Positions 22,185 through 33,543 of a stretch of 64,000 nt of DNA are shown in pieces. Each line of letters starts with the position of its first letter. Position 1 is the stretch's first letter. Both the position numbers and the translations under genes were made by a program. This stretch comes from Pachysolen tannophilus NRRL Y-2460 (taxonomy: Eukaryota): contig KV454013.1 of assembly GCA_001661245.1 (NCBI GenBank), positions 714,502 to 778,501 of the forward strand, written 5' to 3'. The notes beneath the pieces were generated by a model. It saw only the letters and a program-made list of their open reading frames with translations, was not told where the DNA came from and did not search any database.

Positions 22185-25100
22185 CTAAGTTAATTGTCTT
22201 TTTAGTTCTTTTAATGTCTGAAATTCCTTAGCAACCATGGCATAAACATCGTTATTGGAAAGAATGAGATTTGAAATACCCAACTCTTGTCTCACTTTAA
22301 TCATCAATACAATACTTTCAATTCTAGTAATAATATGATCCATTAATGTTAAAAAATCAATATTGGTCATTCTGTTACTTAAAGTATTAGTTGTGGTGGT
22401 TTCAAACGTGGAATAATTTTTGCAATCCCTATCACTCACACCTGCTGATAAATACGACAGGATTTGTTCTAATCTCAACCCCAAAGTTCTTAATTTCCAG
22501 AAAAGATCAGTATTCAATATACCATTGACACTGACACTACTGTTCAGAGGAGTGTCAGCTTCGTTAAATTTGAACCTAGAAGCTAAAGGTCTGGCATATA
22601 TTAATGTTATTGATTCAGGAGTTTCTAAACCTTTTAATTTCATTTCCCCGATATTTTCAATAACCCAACCAATATTCTCTAGTTGTGTTACTTCTTTATC
22701 TAACGTTACAGCCATATTTCCATACTCTTCACCATAAGCTTCTCTTATCGAAGTTGTCTTTGACTTATCATGGCATGCTTTAATCTTATTAAATTCAAAG
22801 AGGAAATCTGAACTTAAAGTGATTTGACCACCATCAGCAACGCCACTTATACGAGAAGTTCTATTAACCATTGGTCCAAAATAATCCATTCTCTTGGTAA
22901 TTATATCAGTTTCACATACAGGAATACCCCAATGAGCACCCATTCTTACAGATAAACCTCTGAAAATTAAATTGTTCGCTTCATCACTAATTTCACAACC
23001 TTGATCACTTTCTATAATCTCAGTTGGCCAATCTGCTATCAATAATTGCTGCTGAACAGAAAAACACCAAAGTAATGCTGATGTTGCTGTTGGGAAAGAA
23101 ACCATAAATGCATCACCTTCAGTTTTAACCTCATAACCACCAACTATTCTTAGTTGACGACGCATAATGGAATTATGTGTTTTAATAGCGGATCTCATGG
23201 CAATAGGAAAGTTATCCCATAATAATGTTGAATTTTTAATATCAGTGAATACCATCGCTACTTCACCAACGGGTGGCTCAATTTCCTGCTCCAATCTTCT
23301 CAAAGCTGTATCTTCTGGTAGGGAAGATTTATTCCTTCTAAACTTTAGCAAGTTTTCATTTTCTTCTGCTTTCCTTCTCAAAACAACAGAGTTATCTTTA
23401 TTTAAAGATATGACAACCGCAGTCACTTTATCAGAAGCACCATATGAGATAGCATAATCTCTTAACTTCTCAGCTGCTAACATAGGATTGTTTTTCTCTT
23501 GTCTAATAACATCTACTGCAAAATCATAAGAAACATATTTCCATAGTTCTTTCGTACCAATTGCAATCATTTCATCACTAGGTGATAGTTCAAGAACAGA
23601 TATATCAGGTCCAGAATGAATATGCGGCAATAAATTGAAAAACCCAACTGCTCTGGAAACATCAACAGTGCCATCCAATTTTCCATCACTATTTACAAAT
23701 CCACCGGTAGCTCTTATTCTATCATATTCCCCTTGAGAATACGGTAAATGCTCGGTAGTTAAAACAAGATGTTCGCCGTTTGATCTCGTCAACATAGCCA
23801 TGGTATCACCGATGTTAGCAGTATACAAAGTTTTGTCTTTAATGTATATAACAGTAGCGCAGCAACCACATAGACCATCATGTGAAGTCAAGTCGTAAGT
23901 TGTTGAAGTCCGATGGGCTGGTGTAACTGAAGAAAATGTTGAAGCATCGCTTTTGATAATTATCGAATTGATTTCTCTATTCATCGTCAAAAATGAACGA
24001 CGCAATGCATCATAAATGGAAGATTCATCCTTCTTTAATTCATCAGCAAATATCATAGCAAATGTCTCCTGAATGATTTTTGCAATTTTATGGCCCTGTT
24101 TATCATCGCCATTTTTACCATCAAAAATACTTATCAATATTTCATTTTCGTTATTTCTAAACTTATCCAAAACAACATCCCTTGTTGTAACACCATCACT
24201 ACTACCTAAAGTATCAGAAATACCATATCCAAACCTACTGAACTCAGAAGCTGTTGTACGAATACGGCTCGCAACTGTTTGGTCTGGGACTTTTTGGGTG
24301 ATTAATGTGACATCCATCAAACCTAAAACCTTAAGATTTTTGAGCCCAAGAAAACTATCCAAATCTCCGTGAAGTGTTACATCTTTGTTGTGACTCGGTT
24401 TGATTTCCAACCTTTTATTACCTGAAAAATTTAAATATTTCAAGTCACCATTCCAGTTCCAATTCCAATCATAGGGCCAGTTTGAAATGTTGTATTTCAA
24501 TTGATTTGAACCAACATCTAATACACTCAAATGGCTAATCTTAGATAGTTCAGACGGTAGCGAATGGAACCTATTACCGTTCAAATGTAATATCATCAAA
24601 TTCTGCAAATGTTCCAAATCATCTGAAGGTAACGAAGAAAGTTTGTTTCCTGAAAGGTACAAATATGTCAAACTATCCATTTTCTTCAAAGTACCAGGAG
24701 GAATTTCAATAATCTCATTATATGACAAATTTAATGACTTTAACCTCGAAAATAACGAGAAAACTTGTAAGCTTTGATCGTCTATTCTGTTATCAGAAAT
24801 AGATAGGTAAAGTAAACTATCTGACAAAAACTGTTCCGAAATTGGAGGCGAAGATTCTGATAAATTGCCTGTTTCAACATAATTTGAAGAATCTGAATTT
24901 TTAACTAAAGCACTAGGTCTTCTCGAGTTCAAAGGAGAAACTGAATCTGAAGAAGAATTCCTCTCTTTGCTGATACTGTCGACTTCGGTGATCCTAGAAG
25001 AAAAAAAGTTCAGCAGGGGCTTTGGAAAATCTTGTAAAAGATTTGAAGATAAGTTCAAGATAGACAATGAACTCAAATTCCAAATTTCTGGAGACAATAC

Positions 25101-27935
25101 ATTGATATTGTTTAAATGGAGGTCCAAATATTGTAATGAAGTTAACGAAGAAATTCCTGGAGGCAAACTGCTTAGATTGTTTCTAACACAAGATAAGTAA
25201 ACTAAACGTTTCAAACTACAAATATCCGATGGCAACGTGACTAAATGATTATTATCCAAGATGACCTTTTCAAGATTCGGAATATTTGTAAAAAAATTAG
25301 CAGTTAATGAGGTTAATTTAGCTTTAGATAGATCTAAAATTACTAAAGTCTCCAAATGATTTTTAACTGTGATACTAGTCAAAGGGTTTCTATTCAATTC
25401 AAAAAGCCTAACCTTTTGCAATTCATCATCAAACTGAGTAATATTATTTGAAGTTGTGTACAAAACCTCCAACTCCGGTAACGCAGTCAATGATTCAATA
25501 TTTGTAATATTATTATACCTCAAATCTAAAAATTTCAACTTCACCAATGTCCCAAGATACAGAGGTAATTCTTTTGTTAATTTATTTGCACTGAAATTCA
25601 ATTTTTCTAATTGACTTAAATGCGAAATGCTAATTGGTATTTGTTTCAATTCATTATATGAAAGATCTAATTCTTTTAAATTCTCCAACTCGGAAACTAT
25701 TTCTGGATACACTTTGAAGTTATTTGATGATAAATTTAAAAAATTCAACTTCTTTAAATTTCCAAAAGATTTCGGTAATGATGACAATTGATTACATGAT
25801 AGTTGTAAAGTAGTTAAATTTGATAAGGACTCAATCTGTGATGGTATTTCTGAAAGAAAATTTATCTTTAAATCAAGATATGTCAATTTGGAGGCCTCAA
25901 ATATATTAGAAGGAATTTTATGGGCTCTATTACCAGAATAGATTAATTTAGTCAAATTATTGCATGCTTGGATAAAATCTAGGGGTATTGCCATTGATGG
26001 ATTTCTTGAAATATCTAACGATTCTATGTCAAAAGTTCTCTGATATAATACCAATGGGACAGATTGAAGCTGTAAATCGGATAAATTCACATGAATAAAA
26101 TCTTTTGTGATGTGATTTTTTTGTTCATCGCTCAATTGTTTGAAATCACATTTTTCAATTGAGAATTTAACTAAATAACTTAAATCTTCTCTTCCCAACA
26201 AATCTAGCTTGTCGTTCACTGTATAACCAGATAATAGTAAATAATGGATCTGTATCTTCAATGGCTTTTCAAAAGGTTCTAAAGCCCTCGATAGACCACC
26301 TGTTCTTAACGTCAATTGATAATCGTCCAGCTTATTGAAAAAAAATTTCTTTTTAAGTTTAGGTATTAATTCTGCAGTAGTAATTTCTATTTCACAAGGA
26401 ATCGTGGTAAAGGAGTTATCTTCTTTAAAAACTCGAATGACAGAACGACGAGATATGGAAGGAACAGAAGAAGCAATTGGTTTTTTATCAGTCTTTGGAC
26501 TTTCCGGTGGAGCCTGGGCTAATGATTTTGTTTCTGCAACTCTGGATGATCTTCTAGACTCAGAATTTTCATTATTCTTCAGTTTAGTGGCTCTGAACGA
26601 ATCTGAAGGGGCTGTCATTTGCAAAACTGATGAGCCAGTTGAAGATAGGCTAGTAGATCTAGGTGCAGCGGTATCTTTGGGAGGCACAGGAGCATCAGCG
26701 GCATCAAGCTTAACATTCCAAGACTCCGGTGGTACCCAATTTGATAAAGCATTAGGATCATTTGGGAAAGTACTTTGGATACTCCCGTTTTTTTCATTTA
26801 ACGATTGAAAGTTTGCTGAGGAAACCACCTGACTCAAATCCGAGAAATCCTGTAATTGAGACATTTCAGGTATACTTTTTGATGGATTTTGTTGTTCAGA
26901 TACCAATGATGCTGTTCTAGTAATGTTTCTCGGAGATGGTTGACCATCTGTTGCTACAGAGGAACCTGGAGACTCTTCGGTTAATACCGGACCTATCGAA
27001 GAGTCTGCATATGAAGACATATGCCTCGATGAAGGAGACGATAACCTGAATCCTTGAAAACCCTGTATTAAAGATGAACTAGTTGAAGTTGAAAAATGTC
27101 TTGGACTCAATATATGATGGTGTGACTCTCTTGTAGCTGTTATATGTTCTGGATCGGATTTTCGAGTTTGTGGATTGAATTTGGCCAATGGATCTATCGA
27201 TACAGATCCACCAGAGTTTGATGAAGTATTTGAAGCCAATGATTCTCTTCTAGAAGAAGGATTGGATGATAATAATTTATTAAATATTCCACCTGAAGTA
27301 TGCTTCAATGTTCTCCTCAGCCTATGGCCACTTGGCTTAATCGGATGCTTCAATGGCGGCACTGTTTGACTCTTATCTGTTTCTAAATCACTTGGCCTCG
27401 AATGGAAACCTCTGTGATTATGAGGAGCTAGCTTTGAACTTCGTAAAGTATAATTATTCTTAGTGAGATTACTATTATTATTGTTGTTGTGATTATTATT
27501 CGATCCATCTTCTTTTTCCTTTGTATCTTTAGAAGACGCAATGGACACATTACTAGAATTTGATTTCAAATTACTCAATTTCTTCCTTCCAGTGCTAAAT
27601 ATACTACTATTAGAATTAACCTTATATAATGATTTCTTAAATTCAGTAATACTTGGATGCCTGCTGATGTTCTCTCCCTCGGCGCTTGCAACAGTCAGTG
27701 CATCATCATGATCCGCCTCTTCTGTTTTAGCCTTTTTTAAATTATTTTTCGGCAATTGATTGGAAGAAGTTTTGTTTTCACGGGAACCGCTAATACTTTC
27801 TCGTTTTTCATTCAGGTCAACAGCGGTTGCTAAAGATGAGGAGTTATTACTTGAATGATTCTCACCATCACTCTTATGCCCATTCGTAGACGATTTCAAT
27901 TCATTCAGTGGTTTTTTCACCTTGGGAAATGGCAT
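22185..27935 (-). CDS. CYR1: Adenylate cyclase (Ras-association + LRR + PP2C-like + catalytic domains)
   Basis: Motifs W.PPESW, long LRR array, NWPYDWNWNWN, VFTDIKNST, YEVKTEGDAFMV and DYFGPMVNR; first ATG at 27935. Confidence 0.97.
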   Translation of the reverse strand: MPFPKVKKPLNELKSSTNGHKSDGENHSSNNSSSLATAVDLNEKRESISGSRENKTSSNQLPKNNLKKAKTEEADHDDALTVASAEGENISRHPSITEFKKSLYKVNSNSSIFSTGRKKLSNLKSNSSNVSIASSKDTKEKEDGSNNNHNNNNNSNLTKNNYTLRSSKLAPHNHRGFHSRPSDLETDKSQTVPPLKHPIKPSGHRLRRTLKHTSGGIFNKLLSSNPSSRRESLASNTSSNSGGSVSIDPLAKFNPQTRKSDPEHITATRESHHHILSPRHFSTSTSSSLIQGFQGFRLSSPSSRHMSSYADSSIGPVLTEESPGSSVATDGQPSPRNITRTASLVSEQQNPSKSIPEMSQLQDFSDLSQVVSSANFQSLNEKNGSIQSTFPNDPNALSNWVPPESWNVKLDAADAPVPPKDTAAPRSTSLSSTGSSVLQMTAPSDSFRATKLKNNENSESRRSSRVAETKSLAQAPPESPKTDKKPIASSVPSISRRSVIRVFKEDNSFTTIPCEIEITTAELIPKLKKKFFFNKLDDYQLTLRTGGLSRALEPFEKPLKIQIHYLLLSGYTVNDKLDLLGREDLSYLVKFSIEKCDFKQLSDEQKNHITKDFIHVNLSDLQLQSVPLVLYQRTFDIESLDISRNPSMAIPLDFIQACNNLTKLIYSGNRAHKIPSNIFEASKLTYLDLKINFLSEIPSQIESLSNLTTLQLSCNQLSSLPKSFGNLKKLNFLNLSSNNFKVYPEIVSELENLKELDLSYNELKQIPISISHLSQLEKLNFSANKLTKELPLYLGTLVKLKFLDLRYNNITNIESLTALPELEVLYTTSNNITQFDDELQKVRLFELNRNPLTSITVKNHLETLVILDLSKAKLTSLTANFFTNIPNLEKVILDNNHLVTLPSDICSLKRLVYLSCVRNNLSSLPPGISSLTSLQYLDLHLNNINVLSPEIWNLSSLSILNLSSNLLQDFPKPLLNFFSSRITEVDSISKERNSSSDSVSPLNSRRPSALVKNSDSSNYVETGNLSESSPPISEQFLSDSLLYLSISDNRIDDQSLQVFSLFSRLKSLNLSYNEIIEIPPGTLKKMDSLTYLYLSGNKLSSLPSDDLEHLQNLMILHLNGNRFHSLPSELSKISHLSVLDVGSNQLKYNISNWPYDWNWNWNGDLKYLNFSGNKRLEIKPSHNKDVTLHGDLDSFLGLKNLKVLGLMDVTLITQKVPDQTVASRIRTTASEFSRFGYGISDTLGSSDGVTTRDVVLDKFRNNENEILISIFDGKNGDDKQGHKIAKIIQETFAMIFADELKKDESSIYDALRRSFLTMNREINSIIIKSDASTFSSVTPAHRTSTTYDLTSHDGLCGCCATVIYIKDKTLYTANIGDTMAMLTRSNGEHLVLTTEHLPYSQGEYDRIRATGGFVNSDGKLDGTVDVSRAVGFFNLLPHIHSGPDISVLELSPSDEMIAIGTKELWKYVSYDFAVDVIRQEKNNPMLAAEKLRDYAISYGASDKVTAVVISLNKDNSVVLRRKAEENENLLKFRRNKSSLPEDTALRRLEQEIEPPVGEVAMVFTDIKNSTLLWDNFPIAMRSAIKTHNSIMRRQLRIVGGYEVKTEGDAFMVSFPTATSALLWCFSVQQQLLIADWPTEIIESDQGCEISDEANNLIFRGLSVRMGAHWGIPVCETDIITKRMDYFGPMVNRTSRISGVADGGQITLSSDFLFEFNKIKACHDKSKTTSIREAYGEEYGNMAVTLDKEVTQLENIGWVIENIGEMKLKGLETPESITLIYARPLASRFKFNEADTPLNSSVSVNGILNTDLFWKLRTLGLRLEQILSYLSAGVSDRDCKNYSTFETTTTNTLSNRMTNIDFLTLMDHIITRIESIVLMIKVRQELGISNLILSNNDVYAMVAKEFQTLKELKRQLT

Positions 27936-28308
27936 TTCTAATAACGACAAATTTAATTGTCAAGATATTATACTATATTATACTATAATACGCTAGTTAT
28001 TTTTTAGTCTTTTTTTTTTTAAAAAAAAATTAAAAATTATTATCCCTATAGAACAAACTGATATTGAATCTATCTAGCAAACAAAAATATAATTAAACAA
28101 AATTGATTATGTTATTGATAATAAATAATTGATATAAAAACAAATCAAAAATTATCAATATAAATATAAATAACAATTGACTACTGAAGGATTGTAATTA
28201 AACCTAATTACTAGCTACACTTGTACTAGTGAACGAAAGTAACTACAATTTAGCAGTATTTGAAGTACGATGCAGAAGGTCTCCCGCAAAGAAAAATTTA
28301 AACCCGAC

Positions 28309-28324
28309 TTTCCTAATTAGGAAA
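28309..28324. promoter_or_regulatory. Perfect palindromic Mcm1 (CArG) site
   Basis: TTTCCTAATTAGGAAA, a 16-bp palindrome matching CC(A/T)6GG with the preferred flanks. Confidence 0.65.
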
Positions 28325-28392
28325 ACTAATTATATTAGGGAATGGTTGCCTAATGTGGCAACTAACAAGACTTCATCAAACGGTTAGTTGTA

Positions 28393-31300
28393 TTAGTCCT
28401 GGTGTTGATCTTGATCTTGATCTTGATCCAAGAACCTAGGCTCCATATGCTTCATGGTTTCTAGAAATCTGTATATCTTGTTGCTATGGCCCACTCCACC
28501 AGTGACACTTCCTTTTACATTTGGCTCTATGAATTTTCTTCCAATGGGCACAGACAATGAGGTATAATAATTGGAATATAAAAGTTGTAGACGATTTGGG
28601 GTTAGATAACCATCATTTGGTTTAAATGCCTGTGGATCCACTACTGAGTCTGGAAGAATTTTTCTAGAGTTTACAATCTGGTCAATGATAGAAGAGGGTT
28701 TTGTTGAAGTTGTTTGCGGTAAACATGGCTTGGCTGAAAGTTTGTCCTTGTTGTCTTCTTCTCTTATAATACAACGTCGAGTTGAGCCTAACTTTGTTCT
28801 CTTATTGTTTATTGTCACAGCAGAGGTCTTGAAATTACCAAAGTCATGTTCTAGATGACCTCTGTGATTTTCTAATTCGCTCAATTTTGTCTTGCTGTTA
28901 TTAACTTTTTCTGTCCTTGGTTTAATTTGTACTAATTCATCATCAAAATCATCGCTCTCATCCTCTAGGTTTAACATATCTAATATATCAGATGAGTTTT
29001 TCTTGACTCCAAAGGACACGTTGGTCTTATTCAGCAACAATGCATCTAGCTCGTCTTCGTCATCACTAATAATAAAGCTAACGGTCACATTATTTGCCTC
29101 CGTCAGTACATCTACTCCTGAGACTGTTCCAGTTTCTGCTACTGGTTCTGTTTTTTCTATTTCTGAATCTGGACCTTTCCTTTTCTTGAGTTCAGATATA
29201 CTGATATATGATTTATCCAGATCAGATGGAGAGGAGCTTCTTTTTTTACTCTGAGAGTCATCTTGATTTTCGTTTTCTCCCTCGGATTCAAATTCATACT
29301 TGGAACCAGCTACAAACCTATTAACTAATGCAGAAGCTGCTTGAAATCCAGTGGGGACATTATCAGGCATGAAAAATCGCTTCTCTAATTTTTTTTGCTT
29401 CGGATCGTTTTTAGCTTTTTGCTTGCTCTTGGTTGTCAGTTTTTTCTTATTTCGCCCGTTGGTTGTTATCTGTGTAGCTAGCTTCAAAAATTGATCATTA
29501 TCGTCCTTATCTGCAGCATGTATCAATTCGCCATTCTCCTCTGGTATTTCGATAAATTTTCTTTCGCATACAGGTTTGATATCTTTGGGTAAAATTCTAT
29601 CGGATTCATGATATTTCAACATCTGACCAGTTTGAATTTGCTTTTGAATGTAATCATAATTATCCATAGACTTATCAAATTTATTTTCCTCGTTTGATGA
29701 TAGCAATAAAACAACTTTACCATCTCTTTTTCTACCAGTTCTACCCATTCTTTGAATATTTTTAATAGGACTACTTGTAGAATCAAAACAAATAATCAAA
29801 TCAACTTCTCCAATATCAAGACCTTCTTCACCAATCGAAGTTGCCACAACGATATTATAAACACCTTTTTTAAAATCAGAAATTAATTCTTTTTGTTGCT
29901 GTTGGTTCATTCCTTGTTCCTGAGCTGCCTCGGAACTACTCAGTCTCGACAGTTTCCTGTAATCGATCATTTTCTTTTTCTTAATGGAAGACTTACTAGT
30001 CTCGACATTAAGTTGAGCCAAAGTTTTTCTTCCCTTCTTCTTTGGTTTTGCTTTTTCTCTAAAAGCAGCTTCATCAAATCTATCCTTTTCCCTTGCCTGT
30101 CCAATGAAAATGTGCGGTTTAAGTTCTGTTTTCAAAGTTGATTTGTGATTTATGTTATAGTTCTCAATAACTGTAGTTATCTCTAGGGCAGATTGTCTAA
30201 ATTCGGTAAATATGATCACTTTCGAATCAGTCTTGTCACCTTCTTCATAGAAGCTAGACAACTCTTGAATCATGTAATCAAATTTAGGGTGGCTTAAAAG
30301 TCCATCTTTGTCTTCTTCAATCATTTCTTCACACCTGGTCAACAATTTAGTTACCATCGGATGATAATAAAAAGCAGCTGAATATTTGTTTGTAGATTTC
30401 TTAGTTTCCCATTTTGTGGTAAACTCTGTGTGTTTCTCTTTAAAATAAGAATAAAAACTTGTTATTCCATATATGTTTAATCTACGGAAACACTGTCCAA
30501 CGACTCCTAATAATTGTAATAAAAAATAGTACATCCATTTTAAACCTTCAGCAATAGTAGGATTTCTAACAATTTTCTGACTAGCTTCAATCGCCAGAAA
30601 AGCATTGATCCTACTTGGCTCAGTAATCTCATATATTTGGAATTTATTTGCCATTTCAAGTGTTGGCTTGATGGCGATACATAACATTTCGATTAATTCT
30701 TCAATCTCTGTACTTAGTGGGCATGTAATTTTTTCAATTTTCTTTCTTTTCATATACTTCACTGTATCAAAACTTCTCTCAGTTCTGATCTCCACTTTGG
30801 AAATCGACAAATTATCAACCAACTCTTGAACACCATCAATATCAGAAGCTGGTGTTGCAGTCAATGCCAATATTCTAAAAGATTTACTAAATCTGTTAAT
30901 AAATTTAACAACATTATTGTATGCATAATTACCCTTTGCCCTATGGGCTTCATCTATAACCAATAAAACAATCTCTTTAGGGTTTACTAAACCAGTTTTC
31001 AAATCATTTTCAACAACCTGAGGTGTAGTGAAAAAAACTCTTTTACTTTCCCAAATTTCACCTCTATTTCTCTTTGCCTTATCCAATAATATTGCGGTAT
31101 CATGACTTGGAATCCCAGTTATTCCGTAACATGCCTTGAGCTGTTGTGCAACCAATGGCCTAGTAGGTGCCATAAATATTATCTTTGAATTTCTGGTCCA
31201 TCTATAAAAATTGAGCATAACAGTTGATGCAATCAAAGTCTTACCTAATCCTGTTGGTAGAGCACAAAGAACATTTTTAAATAATGATTTCGATACTATA

Positions 31301-31629
31301 TCAAATTGATAATCTCTAACTTCCAAATTTGTAGGATATAAATAACTTTGCAAATTCTCCTCATTAAGCTCATGGCGATTATCACCAAAAGAAATTGGAG
31401 TTTGTTGTCTTTCCTGGTACGTTATTTGGTTCCCATTTTCATCTAAACTAGCAGCTACAACTTCTCCATTCTCGCGTCGTACACCATTATGCGTAACTAA
31501 ACCTATTTGACGATTTAACGCTAACTCTCTCCTGCTCTCCACTTCTGCAAACAACTCATCTTCGTTGAAACCATCATCATCATCATCATCAAATGAATCT
31601 TCAAAATCGTCCTGGTAAACGGAACTCAT
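28393..31629 (-). CDS. MPH1: FANCM-family DEAH helicase Mph1
   Basis: Motifs VRDYQ, LPTGLGKT, DEAH, LTAT, TSIGEEGLDIGEVD and QRMGRTGR; first ATG at 31629. Confidence 0.96.
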   Translation of the reverse strand: MSSVYQDDFEDSFDDDDDDGFNEDELFAEVESRRELALNRQIGLVTHNGVRRENGEVVAASLDENGNQITYQERQQTPISFGDNRHELNEENLQSYLYPTNLEVRDYQFDIVSKSLFKNVLCALPTGLGKTLIASTVMLNFYRWTRNSKIIFMAPTRPLVAQQLKACYGITGIPSHDTAILLDKAKRNRGEIWESKRVFFTTPQVVENDLKTGLVNPKEIVLLVIDEAHRAKGNYAYNNVVKFINRFSKSFRILALTATPASDIDGVQELVDNLSISKVEIRTERSFDTVKYMKRKKIEKITCPLSTEIEELIEMLCIAIKPTLEMANKFQIYEITEPSRINAFLAIEASQKIVRNPTIAEGLKWMYYFLLQLLGVVGQCFRRLNIYGITSFYSYFKEKHTEFTTKWETKKSTNKYSAAFYYHPMVTKLLTRCEEMIEEDKDGLLSHPKFDYMIQELSSFYEEGDKTDSKVIIFTEFRQSALEITTVIENYNINHKSTLKTELKPHIFIGQAREKDRFDEAAFREKAKPKKKGRKTLAQLNVETSKSSIKKKKMIDYRKLSRLSSSEAAQEQGMNQQQQKELISDFKKGVYNIVVATSIGEEGLDIGEVDLIICFDSTSSPIKNIQRMGRTGRKRDGKVVLLLSSNEENKFDKSMDNYDYIQKQIQTGQMLKYHESDRILPKDIKPVCERKFIEIPEENGELIHAADKDDNDQFLKLATQITTNGRNKKKLTTKSKQKAKNDPKQKKLEKRFFMPDNVPTGFQAASALVNRFVAGSKYEFESEGENENQDDSQSKKRSSSPSDLDKSYISISELKKRKGPDSEIEKTEPVAETGTVSGVDVLTEANNVTVSFIISDDEDELDALLLNKTNVSFGVKKNSSDILDMLNLEDESDDFDDELVQIKPRTEKVNNSKTKLSELENHRGHLEHDFGNFKTSAVTINNKRTKLGSTRRCIIREEDNKDKLSAKPCLPQTTSTKPSSIIDQIVNSRKILPDSVVDPQAFKPNDGYLTPNRLQLLYSNYYTSLSVPIGRKFIEPNVKGSVTGGVGHSNKIYRFLETMKHMEPRFLDQDQDQDQHQD

Positions 31630-31928
31630 CTCCCTCGAAGCCAATCGATTACTGCTTGATAAATTAAATTTTATTTTAATTCTGTGTTTACATAGTTATG
31701 CCTCCTAAGAAGATTTTTTTTTTTCTTTAGCGAAACCCCAACTTGAACTTCCCCAGAAAGCTTTCCGCCTAAGTTCCGTTGAGCTCCAGCCTGAGCTTCC
31801 GCCTTTGTTTAGCCTAGCTTGTGTTTCTTTAGCCCTATGTCCAGAGGCCTGAGCTCCGCTAAAAAATTTAGTCCTGCTTCCCTTCTCTGCCCTTCTGCCC
31901 TTCGGCCTGCTCGAGACATCTCAAGCGG

Positions 31929-31934
31929 ACGCGT
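31929..31934. promoter_or_regulatory. MCB element (ACGCGT) upstream of MPH1
   Basis: Exact MluI box about 300 bp upstream of a DNA-repair gene. Confidence 0.4.
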
Positions 31935-32091
31935 AACCAAATAGCACAAAAATCATTGGTGTGTAAATAAATACTAATTATCCATTAAAGGAAATTCTTA
32001 ATGCAAGAAGAAGACTTTACTGCTCGGTACATGTACATGAATAAGAACTTTTAAAAATATTACCAAAATCTATTAGAATACTATACATCAA

Positions 32092-33543
32092 CTATCTTAT
32101 AGTCATTATCTTGCCAAGTGATCTATCTTCGCTAATCAAAGATGATGAACTTTCGCTCTTGTGTTTTGGGAGATCAAAAAACTTCCAAAACTTCAAACTT
32201 TCATCAGCAGCCACAGTGCCTAGTATTAGTCCATCTGGAGATAATGCACTCTGTAAGATTCTTGAATCGTGAGCATTCACTACGGTACCGGTTTTCTGTA
32301 AAGATGGGTAAGCCCACATAGTGATACTGTTATCTGGGTAGCCATGTGTTGCACAGATTTCTCTTCCAATTCCATTGGCGTACCCCCAGCTTAAGGAAGA
32401 GATTTGGGAACCGGTATCAATAGTGTTAACTCTTGCACCAGTTATTGTATTCCAAAAATGGATTTTTTTATCTGCAGATCCACCACCTGTGGCTAATAAT
32501 GACAATTGAGATGGACACCAGCTTAAGGCTTTTACGGCTGCTGTATGTGCTGTCTTGGTAAATTGTGGTGATGTACTTCTTGCATCCCAAATGTTTACTA
32601 TATTATCATTACCTCCAGAACAAAGTTGGAACCCATCAGATCTCCACTCAATACCACAAACTTCCCCCTGGTGTCCATTCAAGTTTGAAACTATATGGTT
32701 TGATATTCTGACATCATGATGGTGCATTGATCCAGATCTTGTACCTGAAGTTATTAGATGATCATGCCATTTATGTACACCCACTCTTGAATCCATACCA
32801 GTCATTTGCCTTAATTTTTGATTTGTCTCTATATCGTATATTTCAATTATATTGTCCTTTGCAACTGATAAGTATGATCCATCATCAGACCAACTGAGAG
32901 AGGTGATATTAGCACCACTTTGAGCAACAGAATTCACGCTTCCAGTTGTTGAATTCCAAACGTAAACGGTATCTTCCAATGCAATAGCTAATAAATTCTC
33001 GCTTGACCATTCCAATAAATTTAAATAAAAATCGTCTAAAAACCCTGGTGCGTCTAATACTTTATGAGCAGTAGTAGGAATTCTTCTGGAACGTGAATGA
33101 GCAGCGGCTAATTTATGTTTTGTCTTTGTTGAATTTATATCAGTATTATTTGAAGATTCAGTTGAAGTCGGTTTAGAACTTGTCGAATTCTTCGATGATC
33201 TTCTTTCTGGTGCTTCTTGTTGGTATTTTAATATCCTTGAATGTAACTCAATGCCACATGCTTTTGCTACGCTTTCCTTATATATTATATTGTTTTGAGC
33301 ATTCAAGTGAATCGAGGGAGATTCACTTGGTTCTGGTAATTTCTCATTGCTCGAAATAACTCTACCTAGGGTCTTGTGAATAGTAGTTATAAATCTATCC
33401 TTGGAAATTGAATTATCCTGAAATAAGGAAGGATTGCAGTTTGAATCATTTTTCCAATCTTTCTTAACAACGTTGAATTTAGGTGAAAATAATTTGTTAT
33501 GGTTTGCTGTCTTAATATTCGGACTCAATAAACTTGTGGTCAT
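32092..33543 (-). CDS. CDC20: APC/C activator Cdc20
   Basis: C-box DRFI, KILR-like RILKY, VLDAPG..DDFYLNL, WD40 repeats and C-terminal IR tail; Mcm1-Fkh promoter element. Confidence 0.88.
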   Translation of the reverse strand: MTTSLLSPNIKTANHNKLFSPKFNVVKKDWKNDSNCNPSLFQDNSISKDRFITTIHKTLGRVISSNEKLPEPSESPSIHLNAQNNIIYKESVAKACGIELHSRILKYQQEAPERRSSKNSTSSKPTSTESSNNTDINSTKTKHKLAAAHSRSRRIPTTAHKVLDAPGFLDDFYLNLLEWSSENLLAIALEDTVYVWNSTTGSVNSVAQSGANITSLSWSDDGSYLSVAKDNIIEIYDIETNQKLRQMTGMDSRVGVHKWHDHLITSGTRSGSMHHHDVRISNHIVSNLNGHQGEVCGIEWRSDGFQLCSGGNDNIVNIWDARSTSPQFTKTAHTAAVKALSWCPSQLSLLATGGGSADKKIHFWNTITGARVNTIDTGSQISSLSWGYANGIGREICATHGYPDNSITMWAYPSLQKTGTVVNAHDSRILQSALSPDGLILGTVAADESLKFWKFFDLPKHKSESSSSLISEDRSLGKIMTIR

